DNA of 64,000 bases, taken from Lama glama (lineage: Eukaryota). Under the pieces are notes generated by a model. The model did not search any database. It saw nothing but the letters and a program-made list of their open reading frames with translations, and was not told the DNA's origin. Numbering within the stretch: position 1 is the first letter of the stretch; every line of letters begins with the position of its first letter. The translations under genes were made by a program, and so were the position numbers. This document shows, in pieces, positions 1 through 13,227 of this stretch. The DNA is taken from contig CM052818.1 in the NCBI GenBank assembly GCA_028534125.1, forward strand, positions 5,148,001 through 5,212,000, written 5' to 3'.

Positions 1-949
1 ATGGGATTAGCAACAGCAGTGGCCTTACCGGGTGCACCTGCTGTGAGCAACCAATGGAGATGCTTGAGAGAAAATCCCAAGGCTCGACCAAGGGCGAAGA
101 TGCAACGTTGAAACGGGTGAGAGATGAAGCTGAGGTTCTGGATGTTTAAGCGTGTTTGCAAGGTCAGAACTGAAGACTGAGTTTCCCGGGAACTCTTCCT
201 TAAGGACAACTGAGCTCCAGGTAGTATTTTTAAAGGCAAGTTGGTCAGTACTTTCTGAGGATTTCTAACGGAACGGGCTCACTGTTTGACCACTCTTGGT
301 TTTGTTGATATCTTTTTTTTTTTTTTAATTCTTGTGTGTGTGCGTGTGTATGTGTGTGTGGGCGTTGATCTCATCTGATCCAGGATGGTCGAGATAATAG
401 TCAGAATTATCCCTGGAGACATAAAGCAATGTTAGCATGTTCAAAACCCTCTAGTTGTGTGGCCAGACAGGTCTGTTCGTTCATATCTAGTTGCCGTAGT
501 GGTGTCAATGGATGAACAAAGCCTGCTAGCCATGGGAGTCCCTCATCCTGTCCCATTTTCCAATTTTAGTGCTGCCTATAGGTGTTGGATTGGCTCTTTT
601 CAGAGGAATTTGTTTTGGGGTTTTGGCTTTTGATTTTATCAAGCTAACACAACCAATAGCTACAGAAAAATCATTCCTGTTTGCTCCTAATGAGGAGGAT
701 AAAAACATTGTACATGATTCTTGTATGTTAAATTTTTACGTATCAGTCAGCCACATTATGGTTTTTTAAATCGATAATTCAACAATTAATCTGCTGTCCA
801 AAGAATCAGTGTCATTAATAATATGTCGGTGGCGGCTCTAATAAATATTGTGACATGAAATTATTGGCTATTCGTCACCAATCAGGTTTGGCTTCAAATA
901 ACATGGTGAAAATATTTGCAAAATATTTGATTTTCCAATACCCCCACAG

Positions 950-1026
950 TAACATCAAGTCAAGCTCATCTTCCAGCAGAAAAAGTGGACAAGCCTAATA
1001 ATAGCGAAGCCTCCTACATCATACAG
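950..1026 (+). other. Putative 77-nt exon
   Basis: Acceptor ttttccaatacccccacag| and donor cag|gtaagt; open frame TSSQAHLPAEKVDKPNNSEASYIIQ; product not recognised. Confidence 0.3.
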
Positions 1027-2284
1027 GTAAGTAGTTTTGCAGCCCACTTTGGGTGGGGGTAAGCTTTCTCCGAATTCTGGCAATAAAACGTTTAGCACAT
1101 AGCCAGGACTAACAATAGCTAGCACTGATGAAGCGCTTACTGTGTGCCAGGCTCAGCGGTAGTCTTATGACTCCCCCGATGCACAACGGGGTGAAGGTGA
1201 AGACACTGCAAAGGGCAGCAGCCTGACCCCGACCCAGAAGTTAACGAGAAAATAACGCACAACGCGTATTCGAGGAGTCTGACGTCCTTTCAGATAACTT
1301 GGAAATGTGATTTCCCCATAAATGCCATTTCTTTGGCTTCCATACAGGAGTCTGGCTGGGGCTTATGTCTAATTTCTCCAGCATCCCTTCGTCTCACCAG
1401 CTGTTCAGTGGTCACTGCTGATGTCTTCCAGTTGGTCTTGAAGAGAGAGTTTCAAAACCTACTGAGATGGATTATGTTCTTTCAGTTCTTCATTTCTCCT
1501 GTCTGGGTGCTGTGAAGGCAACTCTAATCTGATCTCGACCTCACCCCCTGGAGCCCTCTCACCCTGGCCACTTTGCAACACCCAGGATCACAACAATCAC
1601 ACAAGAGATCAGCTGGAATGCATTATTCAGTTCCAGGCAATCTTCAAATAACAGAACATAAACAAATATATAATGAACCGAATCTCTTCTTTGTGCTGAT
1701 TAAACTGAGCTGTCAGGGATTTCCTCCATGTTAACCACAGTGCTAGAAAATAAAGTACAGGCTTGGAACATAAATATCAAAAAATTACTTAATGAATATG
1801 GCGAAGAAGCTGAGACATCAGCTGAATCAGGAGAAAGCACTGCTGATTGCAAATCATTAGACTGCTACGCAGCTGAGCAAATTATTATACAAACCGTAGC
1901 TCACAGCGGGGAGTACCTGCAGTGCCCAGCTCCTGCATTTACACCCCAAAAGTGCTGAGGTGTCAGAGGTGCCACATGACCTGACGGATGTCCACCTGTG
2001 GTTCAGCCATGCGCGCATGTGTGTGCATGCAGATGTATACTGATGTGTAACTTCTAACTATATGCTTAACCCTTTATTAAATGAACCTCTACCTGGCTCC
2101 TTTAAAGAAGGTTGAACTTTGTTACTTAAGTAACACTTTTTAAATTGCTAATAGCAGATTTCTGCTTTCATAGTCGATATTTAGGTTTAGAAGTAAGACC
2201 TCAGAGCCTTAGATATACACTTAAGGAATCCACAGCGCTCACTCAGGAAGGAAACTGCTAACCTAAATAAATCAACATGAGGAG

Positions 2285-2328
2285 GAAATCCTTCCTTGTA
2301 GATGAAATCCTTCCTTGTAGATGAAATC
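2285..2328. repeat. 19-bp tandem duplication
   Basis: gaaatccttccttgtagat x2 plus a partial third copy. Confidence 0.9.
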
Positions 2329-2579
2329 TGAAAGTTCTGTTTCTATTTGAGAATTAGTCGCCCCACGATATGACTCCTGGACACTGGTGAGGTTTAAACA
2401 GGCACTTCAAAAAGGCTGACTAGGAATATTTGGATGTCAAATGGAGCCCCTCTCTTCCCCCCCCCCCCCTTTTTTTTTTGCCAGAGAAAGGACAGCAGAG
2501 CGGATGTTTCAGTGTCAGTCACTTACAAGACATGTGCCTCGGAGAAAATCATGGTTGGCAGGTGCCGGCTGGGTCTATT

Positions 2580-2790
2580 TACAACACCTACATTTAGCCA
2601 GGGCTCACTCTATGCCAGGCACTGTGTTTGATGCTTTATAAGGAACATCTCATTTAATCCAGATAACAAGACTATGAAGTAGGTACTATTATTATTTCTA
2701 CTTTTTAGGAATGGAAATTAGTCTAGCAGATGGGTGGCCGCTGGGATTCTCACGTAAGTAGTTCGATAGTAGAGCTGACTCCTATAAGCA
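2580..2790 (-). mobile_element. MIR SINE remnant
   Basis: ctatgccaggcactgtg...catctcatttaatcc...gtaggtactattatt MIR core. Confidence 0.7.
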
Positions 2791-2878
2791 ATAAACAGCC
2801 CTGCCTCCTGGGTTAGTGTGCGGCTGTGATCGTTTAGGGAGTGTGCCCAGCATAGAGTGAGCCCTGGCTAAATGTAGG

Positions 2879-3080
2879 CACCATACTATTATATATAAAG
2901 TAGGTAAACAGCAAGGTCCTACTTATTGCACAGGGAACTATATTCAATATCTTATAATAGCCTATAATGAGAAAGAATATATATATAATATATACAAATA
3001 CATGTACAAGTGAGTCACTACGCAGGACACCAGAAATTAACACACTGACTGTACTTCAATAAAAAAGTTTAAAAATAAAG
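2879..3080 (+). mobile_element. L1 3' end fragment (cetartiodactyl type)
   Basis: aaggtcctacttattgcacagggaactatattcaatatctt...gactgtacttcaataaaaaa with A-rich tail. Confidence 0.8.
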
Positions 3081-3149
3081 TAGTTTTAGAAGTCACTGCA
3101 TATATCAATGTAACTTATATTCAGACAGGAAAAAAAAACTTGTTAAAGC

Positions 3150-3415
3150 AACATTCTTTAAGAGATGTCTGGAAATTGTACACCTGGACCTGCTTGTCCC
3201 TGGCTCCTCTGCACGGTGTCCCAGAGCTCCTCAGTGGATGGAATTCCATTAGCTCACAGCGGACATTGCCTGATAACACAGCTTGGGTTGGCTCCCTTCC
3301 CTTTCTCACTTTCCGACTTCTCTACTGTGTTTCCTGAGATCGTTTCCAAGATAAACTACTTACCTGCAAATTCTCGTCCTGGGGTCTGCTTCTGGGACAC
3401 TGATTCAAAAGAACA
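3150..3415 (+). mobile_element. ERVL LTR remnant (LTR16-like)
   Basis: ataaactacttacctgcaaattctcgtcctggggtctgcttctggg resembles the LTR16-family 3' end. Confidence 0.55.
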
Positions 3416-4029
3416 TCAGAAATACCCATTTGATCTATGTCGATACATAAACAGATAAGCCATGGATGTGGAGAGATCATCTATGGAAAGAATATGAAGG
3501 AAGAAGGGAAGTTAATCTGTCTTGAGAAACATCAGTATTTAAGGATCAGGAGGAAGGTACATCCACAGGTGTCAAAGGGAGTTGCAGAGAGACAGGTGGA
3601 AAAATCAGAGGAAGCATTTCAAGGGAAGTTTTGTTTTTTTTTTTAAGATTAAAAGAAATTTTTTAACTTGATGAAATGTTGATGGAAAAAATGTGGTAGA
3701 AAAGAAGAGTCTGAAATGCAGGTAAGTGAAAGGATGAATGTAGGCAACGGTGTAAGATTCCCAAGGCAGTAAGAGAAAATTGGATCCACATCTCAAGTGG
3801 TCCCATAAACTCTGTAATGGACTTGGTGAGTTTGGTCACGGGAAATAGAGGAAGTTCCTATCTGCTGTTTTGGATATTTAGGTATTTGGGAAAAACAAGA
3901 CAATAAATTGACTTTCCCTCCAAGTTTTATCTGAACATTCTGAAAAATAAAGAGCATTGGCGTGACCAAAACTCAGAATAAAATGAATTTCACGTTTTTC
4001 CCGCTAGACTACTCTGCTATTATAAAGAA

Positions 4030-4529
4030 NNNNNNNNNNNNNNNNNNNNNNNNNNNNNNNNNNNNNNNNNNNNNNNNNNNNNNNNNNNNNNNNNNNNNNN
4101 NNNNNNNNNNNNNNNNNNNNNNNNNNNNNNNNNNNNNNNNNNNNNNNNNNNNNNNNNNNNNNNNNNNNNNNNNNNNNNNNNNNNNNNNNNNNNNNNNNNN
4201 NNNNNNNNNNNNNNNNNNNNNNNNNNNNNNNNNNNNNNNNNNNNNNNNNNNNNNNNNNNNNNNNNNNNNNNNNNNNNNNNNNNNNNNNNNNNNNNNNNNN
4301 NNNNNNNNNNNNNNNNNNNNNNNNNNNNNNNNNNNNNNNNNNNNNNNNNNNNNNNNNNNNNNNNNNNNNNNNNNNNNNNNNNNNNNNNNNNNNNNNNNNN
4401 NNNNNNNNNNNNNNNNNNNNNNNNNNNNNNNNNNNNNNNNNNNNNNNNNNNNNNNNNNNNNNNNNNNNNNNNNNNNNNNNNNNNNNNNNNNNNNNNNNNN
4501 NNNNNNNNNNNNNNNNNNNNNNNNNNNNN
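4030..4529. other. Assembly gap (500 N) with a 157-bp duplicated flank
   Basis: 3873-4029 is identical to 4530-4686. Confidence 0.97.
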
Positions 4530-5700
4530 GATATTTAGGTATTTGGGAAAAACAAGACAATAAATTGACTTTCCCTCCAAGTTTTATCTGAACATTCTGA
4601 AAAATAAAGAGCATTGGCGTGACCAAAACTCAGAATAAAATGAATTTCACGTTTTTCCCGCTAGACTACTCTGCTATTATAAAGAACAAATTGGATGGAC
4701 ATGGAATTTGAGGAGGTTTGTTTTATTAATACTAAGTTAAATCTCCCTCTTCTATTCATCAAATTAAATTGGAATAAGGGTCCCTAAACAAGGACCTCCA
4801 AATGGGGAAATAGTCTAGTGATTCTCATTGGTTTCATGTCCTAGGTGGGTATAGACAATTTCTACATGGATCTTACTGAATTATATCAATTTTAAAAATT
4901 CATATGAAGCCTAAAATAGTTGGATTGGAACATTTTCTTTGTCCTGCTGAAAATAACATCTGGTTTATACTACTGTTGGATGCTCTTGCAACCAAAATAG
5001 AATTCTATCGAATTCTGGTCATGATTGAAACTAAAATTACAGTGAATATACAATGATTATTTACCTCTTAGTTCTAAATTTTTCTTAAATATCCAAATCT
5101 TTCTGTTCTGCAGATTCAATCTATGTTGAGCAAAATACTGGTAGGGCCACTTAAACTCTGGTCCATTAGCCATGGTCCATTAACATCCACATCATGGTGC
5201 TAGAGGTTAATACGGTTAATATGATCCTGGCTGAGGGATTAGATTAAAAGGTAAATTTTGAATATAATATAAAACACTAAAAATTGTTAGGAGCAGTAAA
5301 AAAAATATAAGTTCCCATACATGGGTTAGAAAAATCTGGCCTTTACTTTGATCCTTGGGCCTGCTAGGCTGCAGCAAAAAAATATGCAGAAGAAGAAACT
5401 GTGATATTGATCTCTGTCTGTAAGATACTCGTGATTAACTCCAGATATTCCATCCGTAATAAAAGGATGGGCCTTAGTTATTCTGGTATAACCACTGTGA
5501 TATTTATAAAGATCGAAGACCTACCATCAAATGCATGAAAGGAAACTATTTGAAATGGTTTGAAATTTCACATAGAAATCTATTTCTTTGTTATTTCATG
5601 AACAGAGTTTAGTAAAATCAGATAGGAGAACATTGTGATAGCTGAATTATAAAAACAAATGGCTTTGGGGAAGGTGATTTTTCTTCTCTCATGTGTCATG

Positions 5701-5727
5701 TGCGTGTGTGTGTGTGTGTGTGTGTGT
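5701..5727. repeat. (TG)n microsatellite
   Basis: Direct reading. Confidence 0.9.
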
Positions 5728-7629
5728 ATGAGAAAGAGAGAGTGACTGACGGAGATTGATGGTCTATTGAGCATGGTGTTGGTCTGCCAAATGGGATTGG
5801 ATACATTCTTTGTTCCTGCTAACTACCCACTTCTCCCCACTCCCCTGACCCAGAAGATTATAGAAGCAAAAGAGAGTGGGCGGGTGGTAAGGAAATATGA
5901 ATTATTTAAACTGTATAAAAATACCAGAATAAGATGAACATTCAAAACTCCTTTGGTTATATTTAATCTTTTGTTCAACTCATTCACCAAGGAAATCTGT
6001 CTTCAAATGGTTCCTAGTGCAGAATATGATGACTCCAGCCACCCATCCTAGACACTACATTTGCTGTAAAGACTATTGCGGCATGATGACAGATGAGGAA
6101 ATTTACTCCTATAGTCTGCACGGGAGTCAAGTGCCAATAATTTAAGGCTTTCAGCAATACAGTACTAACTTTATATTCTAAGCAATCACAACCTACAGTT
6201 ATCCACCTGCTGTTTTTATGGCTTAGAAATTACACCATTTGTTTGTGATGGTAATTTATTATATTATAGAAGAAGATTTTTCAAACTACAGACTTGCATT
6301 GAGTTAGGATGGGAATTAAAATATTTTGCCCTGCTCCTGTTGATAAATAAAAATAGTCCATTCAATAGATGGAATGTTCTCAAGGAAATAGGACTTTGGG
6401 TCATTTTCAGAGTTTTCATTTGTGAACAAAGCCTATGGGGACATAATTAAGTTTTAGACTAGGGAGGCCCAGAAACCAGTTTTTAACAAGAAGAGAAGGG
6501 TGGTACCTACAACACTTTGAAGGATTCCTTCAGGTGTACTCACTCGATTTTTCAAAATCATGTTTACTAACAACCGTTAAAATAAATTTCTCTTACTTTA
6601 GGCATTTGACAGTTACCTTCATAATTTCTATAGTCTGTGTTCCTTTTGTACTATTATTTGCACGATTTTTCTTCAAATACACCCACTTCATAATTATTTG
6701 TTGTAGAAGCCAATAGTACTAGTGACATACCTCCTACACTTTAGAAAACACTGCATTAAAACAGTAATTTGCAGCTAAATTCACTGGCAATGTTCTATCT
6801 CCATTTTGCTGCAATGTGATGCGACCTCAAAACATTTTGCTTCTTTTTTTCTCAATATCTCAGTGATAGTTGGTTTCAGCTGACACTATTTGAAATTACA
6901 TTTGGATCATCCTACCCTCAATAATATGTATCTATCCATTACTAAACTATATGTTGCTAATAAATTGCTCTCCATCTCCCCTTAATTTAAATTGTCTTTT
7001 TATCATTTTGCTCAACTCTACACCCAATCATCAGATACAATTAAATGTCTATGAACATGCATTTTTCTATTTCAATGACATAACTTACACAAAAAGAATA
7101 GATGGCACACTTCACAGCTTTTTAAGAATAACCCTACGTGAGTGGGTATAAGGATGCTCATTGTAAAATTATTTCAACTTTTCTGTATTTTTGAGAGTTT
7201 TAATAATAAAACATTGGAGAAAATACCCAACTTACACTCCTTGAGAACCCAAAACATACCCCTTTGAGTTTATTCTGAAGTTAGAAGTTAAAAGCAAGTG
7301 AAACATACAGTAGCTAAATGAGAATATTAGCAAATTTTCTTCATATAGGTTGTAGGTCCTTAAAGTCTTGGTTTAAGGAACGTCACAAAACCCTAAGGAT
7401 GGTCATAAATTCCCTGAGGTACTGACAGTTACTAATAGGTGAATATGTTTGGTTCCTTTCCTCTACCAAAAGCTAAAAGTAAGGAACTTCAAATATTAAG
7501 CCCTTTTTTTTCTTTTTGACATTTGTACAGGATTATTTATTGTAGTCTTATTCATACTGGGCAAAAACTGAAGATAAATTTAATTTTGTATTAAAATTGT
7601 TATTACTTATTTTATAGTTAATAGTAGCA

Positions 7630-8670
7630 TTTTATTTTATTTTCATTGAAGTATAGTTGATTTCCAATATTATATTAGGTTCAGGTATACAGCAGAGTGA
7701 TTCAGTATTTAAATAGATTATACTCCATTAAAAGTTATTACAAAATAATGGCTATAATTCTCTGGGATGTACAACATGTCCTTGTTACTTGTCCATTCTA
7801 TACATAGTAGTTTGTATTTTTTAATTCCATACCCCTATCTTTCTCCTCTCCACTTTCCTCTTGCCACTGATAACCACGAATTTACTTTCTATATATGTGA
7901 ATCTGTTTCTGTTTTGTCATATACATTTATTTGTTTTATGTTTCAGATTCCCCATGTAAGTGATACCATACAGTATTTGTCTTTCTCTGTCTGACTTATT
8001 ACTAAGCTCACTTAGCATAATATCCTCTAGGTCCATCAGCATTGCTGCAAATGGCAAAATTTCATTTTTGTGTGGGTGAGTAATATTCTCTGTGTATATA
8101 TACCACATCTTCATTATCTATTTGTCTGTTGATAGACCTTTTGGTTGCTTCCATATCTTAGCTATTGTAAATCATGCTTCTAATGAACATTGGGGTCCAT
8201 GCATTTTTACAAAGCAGTGGCTTTGTTTTTTCTGGATATACACCCAGGAGTAGAATTGCTGGATCATATGATAGTTCTATTTTTAGTTGTCTGTTCCTTC
8301 TGAGCAGAGTCCAGGCTTCCCACAGCCCTCTTATTGTCCCAGTGGCCCTCTGACAGCCAAGGATGCTCATGTAGCCTGGACTGGGCACCCAGTCTCAGAC
8401 TGCTCACCCCCCAGTGCAGATCTCCACCTGTGTCATCTCCCTTTTCTTCCGAGTCTCCTCCCAGGAACACAGTACCACCTTGATTGCTTCCCTTCGCTTT
8501 CTACCCAGTTACATGCATATCTTTCTTACAGCCTTGGTTGTACAGGACTCTTTCTGCCAATTTCCAGTTAGTTTCCAGTGAGAATTGTTCCACATGTAGA
8601 TGTATTTTTGATGTGTTCATGGGCAGTGGGGAGTTCCACATCCTCTTACTCCATCTGGATCTACTCTTTG
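7630..8670 (-). mobile_element. Internally deleted L1: 5' UTR joined to the 3' end
   Basis: ~8670-8290 resembles an L1 5' end (aacacatcaaaaatacatctacatgtggaacaattctcac on the minus strand); ~8290-7630 is the ORF2 end, 3' UTR and tail. Confidence 0.7.
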
Positions 8671-10969
8671 CTATTGAGAAGACAGATTTGAGCTAGCCTC
8701 CTGTCTCCTACTCAGCTGCCCTGCGGTAATCTTTTTTTCTTTTTTTTCCTTTTTTTTCGAAAATCTATGATCTACATTTTTTATAACAAAAGTTTCCTGA
8801 ATCTTATTATTGGAAAGGTACAAAAGGTAATCTTCAGATATAGGAGAGTAAGAGCCTGAATTACTGTATAGGTATTAGCAGTGTATCCCTTTCTGTTCCT
8901 TCTGTCTCAATTTACTTGACAAATCCTCTCAAGGAAATATTTTAATCAGTTTACTACTTGATAAAATTTTACCTTAATTTCCAGTAGTAAAAGTTCACCC
9001 AAACTATCATATACAACTGTATATGCGGAACTTTAAAAAATCTTAGGTGATTTTCTGAGACATTTTCAGTGTGGCATGGCATATTTGAATATATAGCAAG
9101 CCACTTCCTGGATATAGAATAAGACATATGACAGTTCTGTGGCGTGAACAGTCCTCATTATCTTTTAACAAATAATAGTGACTCATCAAATAAAAATTAA
9201 TGATTTTAATGAAGAATCACTGGAACTCGCTGTCACTAAGGAAAGACAGATGCATTGATGTGATGCACATGGTAACATGCCCTGAACGATGACTATGCTA
9301 GGTCTTCACTCTTTTCAATTTATACGCAAGCTGTAATAAAACTTTCACTGTTATTCAGTACAGCAATGGCATTAACAACATAATACGAGTTGCTTGGTGG
9401 AGAAGACGACCAAACAAGGATAACTGAATATTGCTGTTGGATTTCAAGTTTTAAGATCTTAAGTTAATTCAACTTGGTCGCATCAAACTCCTAGAGTGAG
9501 AAAAGGATCTGAGCAAAAGAAAAGAGGCAGAACATGGGAAATATACTCACATGCATTTTTATGCTTACAACAGCTTTTCAAAAACTGAGTTCTCAATTAA
9601 TTATTTGCAATAGGACAGGCACAAAGCATTCTATGACAAATATTTTAAGTCTAGTGCTAAAATGCCCTGTTTAGACAAGGCAGGCCATGCAGCATCCTTT
9701 AAAATTAAATTTTATATTTTCTCCATGGCGGTGGTTGATTACAACTGCTATGGTTTAAAACAACAAAAACAACAAACAGGGTCTGCTCTTTCTAATACCA
9801 GTACCTAAAATCTGCATGGCATAGTATACATAAGTAAAAACTGCAGACGTTTCTGGGGTAGTACATCCTTCCTGACCCCTGAAATTTCTGATCATTGACC
9901 CCTGATGTAAAATGATCCACTGTCCACTTGGCACATGGATTGCAGCATATCTTGAGTTTTAAAGTTTCATGGAATTAGCTTAAACCATGAGGGTACTTGA
10001 ATGTTTGAACTTCAGCTGACATCCTTGATGATGGATGGTTTCAGGGAACAGTTGTCATGGTTAACCTAGAACACACTGAATTTGTCTGCATCTAAGCCTT
10101 TTTGACTCCAGAATTTTTTTCTTTAATTGAGGAAGTCCAGACCCTATAATCTATGGGTCATCTACCTAAACATGTTGTATTTGTTTACCACAGTTATTTT
10201 TACCCAGTCTAGTCTAACCTGCACAAAAACCATGGTACTCATTAAGTCAAAGAGATTTTGAAGCAAGTAAAAAGTGATATGGCTTATGATGTGCACTGGT
10301 AAGTGCTGTTGATAACCTTTAAAATTCTTATGCCTATTTGAGGACAGTATTATAACATATTCCAGAATTGTTTACAGCTTTTGCCAATGACCAGACGTTA
10401 GCTGTTATCAAACAACATTACAAAAGTGTAGATGGGAAATGGGGGAGTTTTGAAAGACTAAGAATAGTTACCACAGAACTCTGGAGTCATAGAACTGAAT
10501 GAAATATAACAGAAATGATAATAATTCCTGGCACTGCATGTCTTGGTCCAATCCACAAACATTTAGTAAGCCTCTTCCATGTGCCAGATGTTGATGATAG
10601 AAAGATACGCTTTAAGGAGCACAGGGCTGAGGGAGAGAGACGGATACATCGGGACGCAATAAAAGTAGAAATCTGTTTGAGGGCTGATGGCAATCCTGAT
10701 TCATAAGGTCTATTTTTCCCTTCTCTTGATCAGATCTAAATAGCACTGTGTTCTACTTAATTTTTAATATCATTAAAGTGGTTGATGACGGCATCGGATA
10801 ACAGTTTGCTCTTCACAGCAAAGAAAGGCAAAAATGTCTTATCGTGTGATAACTCACATGCAAACGTACATATTTGGTAGTTTTTAGTAGGAAGTTCTTG
10901 AGCAGGAATGTATGAAGGATGGAGTATGTGTGCTCTCTCCACTTAACTAAATGATTGTTTAGAGTTAGA

Positions 10970-11135
10970 CTAGTTGTCCTCAATAATGGGTGCACATTAG
11001 ATCCACCTGCAGAACTTAAAATAAAAATACGCTGGTTCCCACCCCAGAGAGTCTGATTTAATGGACTGAGGGAATCAGTATTTTTATGTAGTTCCCCAGT
11101 TGATTTTGTCCTGCCGAGAGCTGAGAGTCTTCGGT
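10970..11135. mobile_element. MER5-like hAT-Charlie element
   Basis: gcacattagatccacctg...ccaccccagagagtctgatttaat. Confidence 0.65.
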
Positions 11136-12329
11136 TTAGAGTAGCAGACTTATTCGACCCATTCTCAACTCGATTTGAATATACTTAACACTTCCAAGTA
11201 CCACATTAGCTGGACCCATGGCTTATTTAGGAAGATACTCAAGACACACAACAGCCTGAATTAGCCGCTTCTTATTCTGGAGGCTCAGAAGAGCTGGCGT
11301 TCTCCCTGCCCCACTCTCTTTTCCCTGAACAGCCTGCGTGACTCTCCCAGTATGCCAGTGTGCGCGCCTTGTTCTCAGCAGGGTGTCTCGTCCAGTTTTT
11401 AGATGCCTTTTTGTTGTGAACTGCCTTCCCTTTTCCCCCTTTCTTTTTCTTTGACAATAATGTGACTTTTCTTATAAATTATGTGTTTTTATAGAAAATA
11501 TGTAAGACATAAAGCATTAAAATTAAGTGCAAAGATTAACCTGTGTTACAAGACACATATTTTCAAACTTTTTTCTGTGTTAATAGACATATTAACATTT
11601 TGTTTATAAATTTAAATATCTTTTATCATCAATGTTTCACCTAAAAAATCTTACCTTGGAGTATTTAAATATTTATTAAAAAATTTGATCCTAATTTCTG
11701 ACAGTTGCTTGGCTTTCTACTGAATACACAATATATTTTTTCAACAGTCGCCTGTTGAGGCATTGAGGTTGGTACCATTTTTTCCTTTTTACTTGAAAGA
11801 GTCTACAGTTAGATTTTGTGTTTTGATTCCAAGTTAGAGTCTTTTTGGAGACTTTAAACCATTCATGCTGACTTTAGTATCTCACAATTTTAGTCCACTT
11901 CCATATCATTTCATGTTTTCTCCCTCTTTTTAAGAAGTTGTCTTCCTTGTTTTCCATTCACTTCTCCCTCGCCATTTGACCATCAGTCATGAAGTGGTTG
12001 GGAGTAAACACCATGGCAAGCTCTTTGCTCATGGCTGGATCTGTCCTTTGCCTCCAGCTCGCCTTATTCCAGGAAATATTGAGAATATTCTGCTTGAATG
12101 TCTTCCTCCCATTTCCTAGGTCATATGCTCTTTCACATACAGGTCAGAACTGGATTTACTTCAGTGTGGTCTGTATCTTGCAGGACTCTTAGAAATTTCT
12201 GCTCTTTGTATCAAATAGCTCCAGTTCTGATGGCTGACACAGATTTTCCTGTGTGTGTCTATCACATCAGTCATGAGAAGTAGTCCTGCATAGATTCCAG
12301 ACTCAGACATAAATGAACACGAATCAAGC

Positions 12330-12510
12330 TTCCCTCGTTTACTCACTTCATGTGTTCATGCAATAATTTACCTCTCTAATCTCAGTTATCTCATCTGTAA
12401 TAGGGGGTGGCTCTTGCATTTCGCTCAGAAGAGTATTATGAGGATTAAATGAGATAGTGAGTGTAGTTTGTGCTGCACAATGTGTGACGTGAAGAAGTGC
12501 TTAATGTTAG
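12330..12510 (+). mobile_element. MIR SINE remnant
   Basis: ctcagttatctcatctgtaa...tatgaggattaaatgagata. Confidence 0.65.
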
Positions 12511-12835
12511 ATTGATGAGCAGGAGAAGGATGATAATGATGAAGGTGATGAGGATGATGAGGATTTGAGTGAAAACTTCAGGTTGCTATTTTGCCCCAGA
12601 ACCATTGACTGAGGCACGAGTAAAAAGCAACCTGATGCTTTTACTGGAAGCACATCACTTTGAACCCAAATGAACATATATTAAATTACAAAATCAAATA
12701 ATAAGTTATTGAAAGCAGATTTTTTTGTTTGAAGTTGAGTCACCCTGCACCTAAAAAGTTTTCTTTTTTATTTCTTAGATCCAAGTATATCTCTAACATT
12801 TATAATCCCCAAACTTATGACACAGCTTAAACCAC

Positions 12836-13227
12836 CTTATGGGCTGAGTTGTGTCCCACCATGCCCCAGATTCACATGTTGAAGTCCTAACTCCTTATGC
12901 CACAAAATGTGACAGCATTTGGAGATAAGATCTTTAAGGAGGTGTAATTAAGGTTAAATGAGGCCATTAGGGTGGGTCCTAACCCAACATGATTGGTGTC
13001 CTCACAAGAAGAGAAGATGGGGACACAGACACATACAGAGAAAGACTGTGGGGACACACTGGAAGGCAGCCATTTAGAAGCTAAGGAGAGACGGCTTAGG
13101 AGAATCCAAGCTACCAACACTTTGATCTTGGCTTTCCAGCCTCCAGAACTAGGGAAAAACAAATTTCTTTTGGTTAATCCACCCAGTCTGTGGCACTTTG
13201 TTATGGCAGCCCTAACAGACTCATATA
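12836..13227 (+). mobile_element. MaLR LTR (MLT1A/B-like)
   Basis: tatgggctgagttgtgtccc start, gaggccattagggtgggtcctaa, end ttgttatggcagccctaacagactcata. Confidence 0.85.

Noticed and set aside
3962..4626. ORFs of 186-209 aa
   Set aside because: Artefacts of translating through the N gap.
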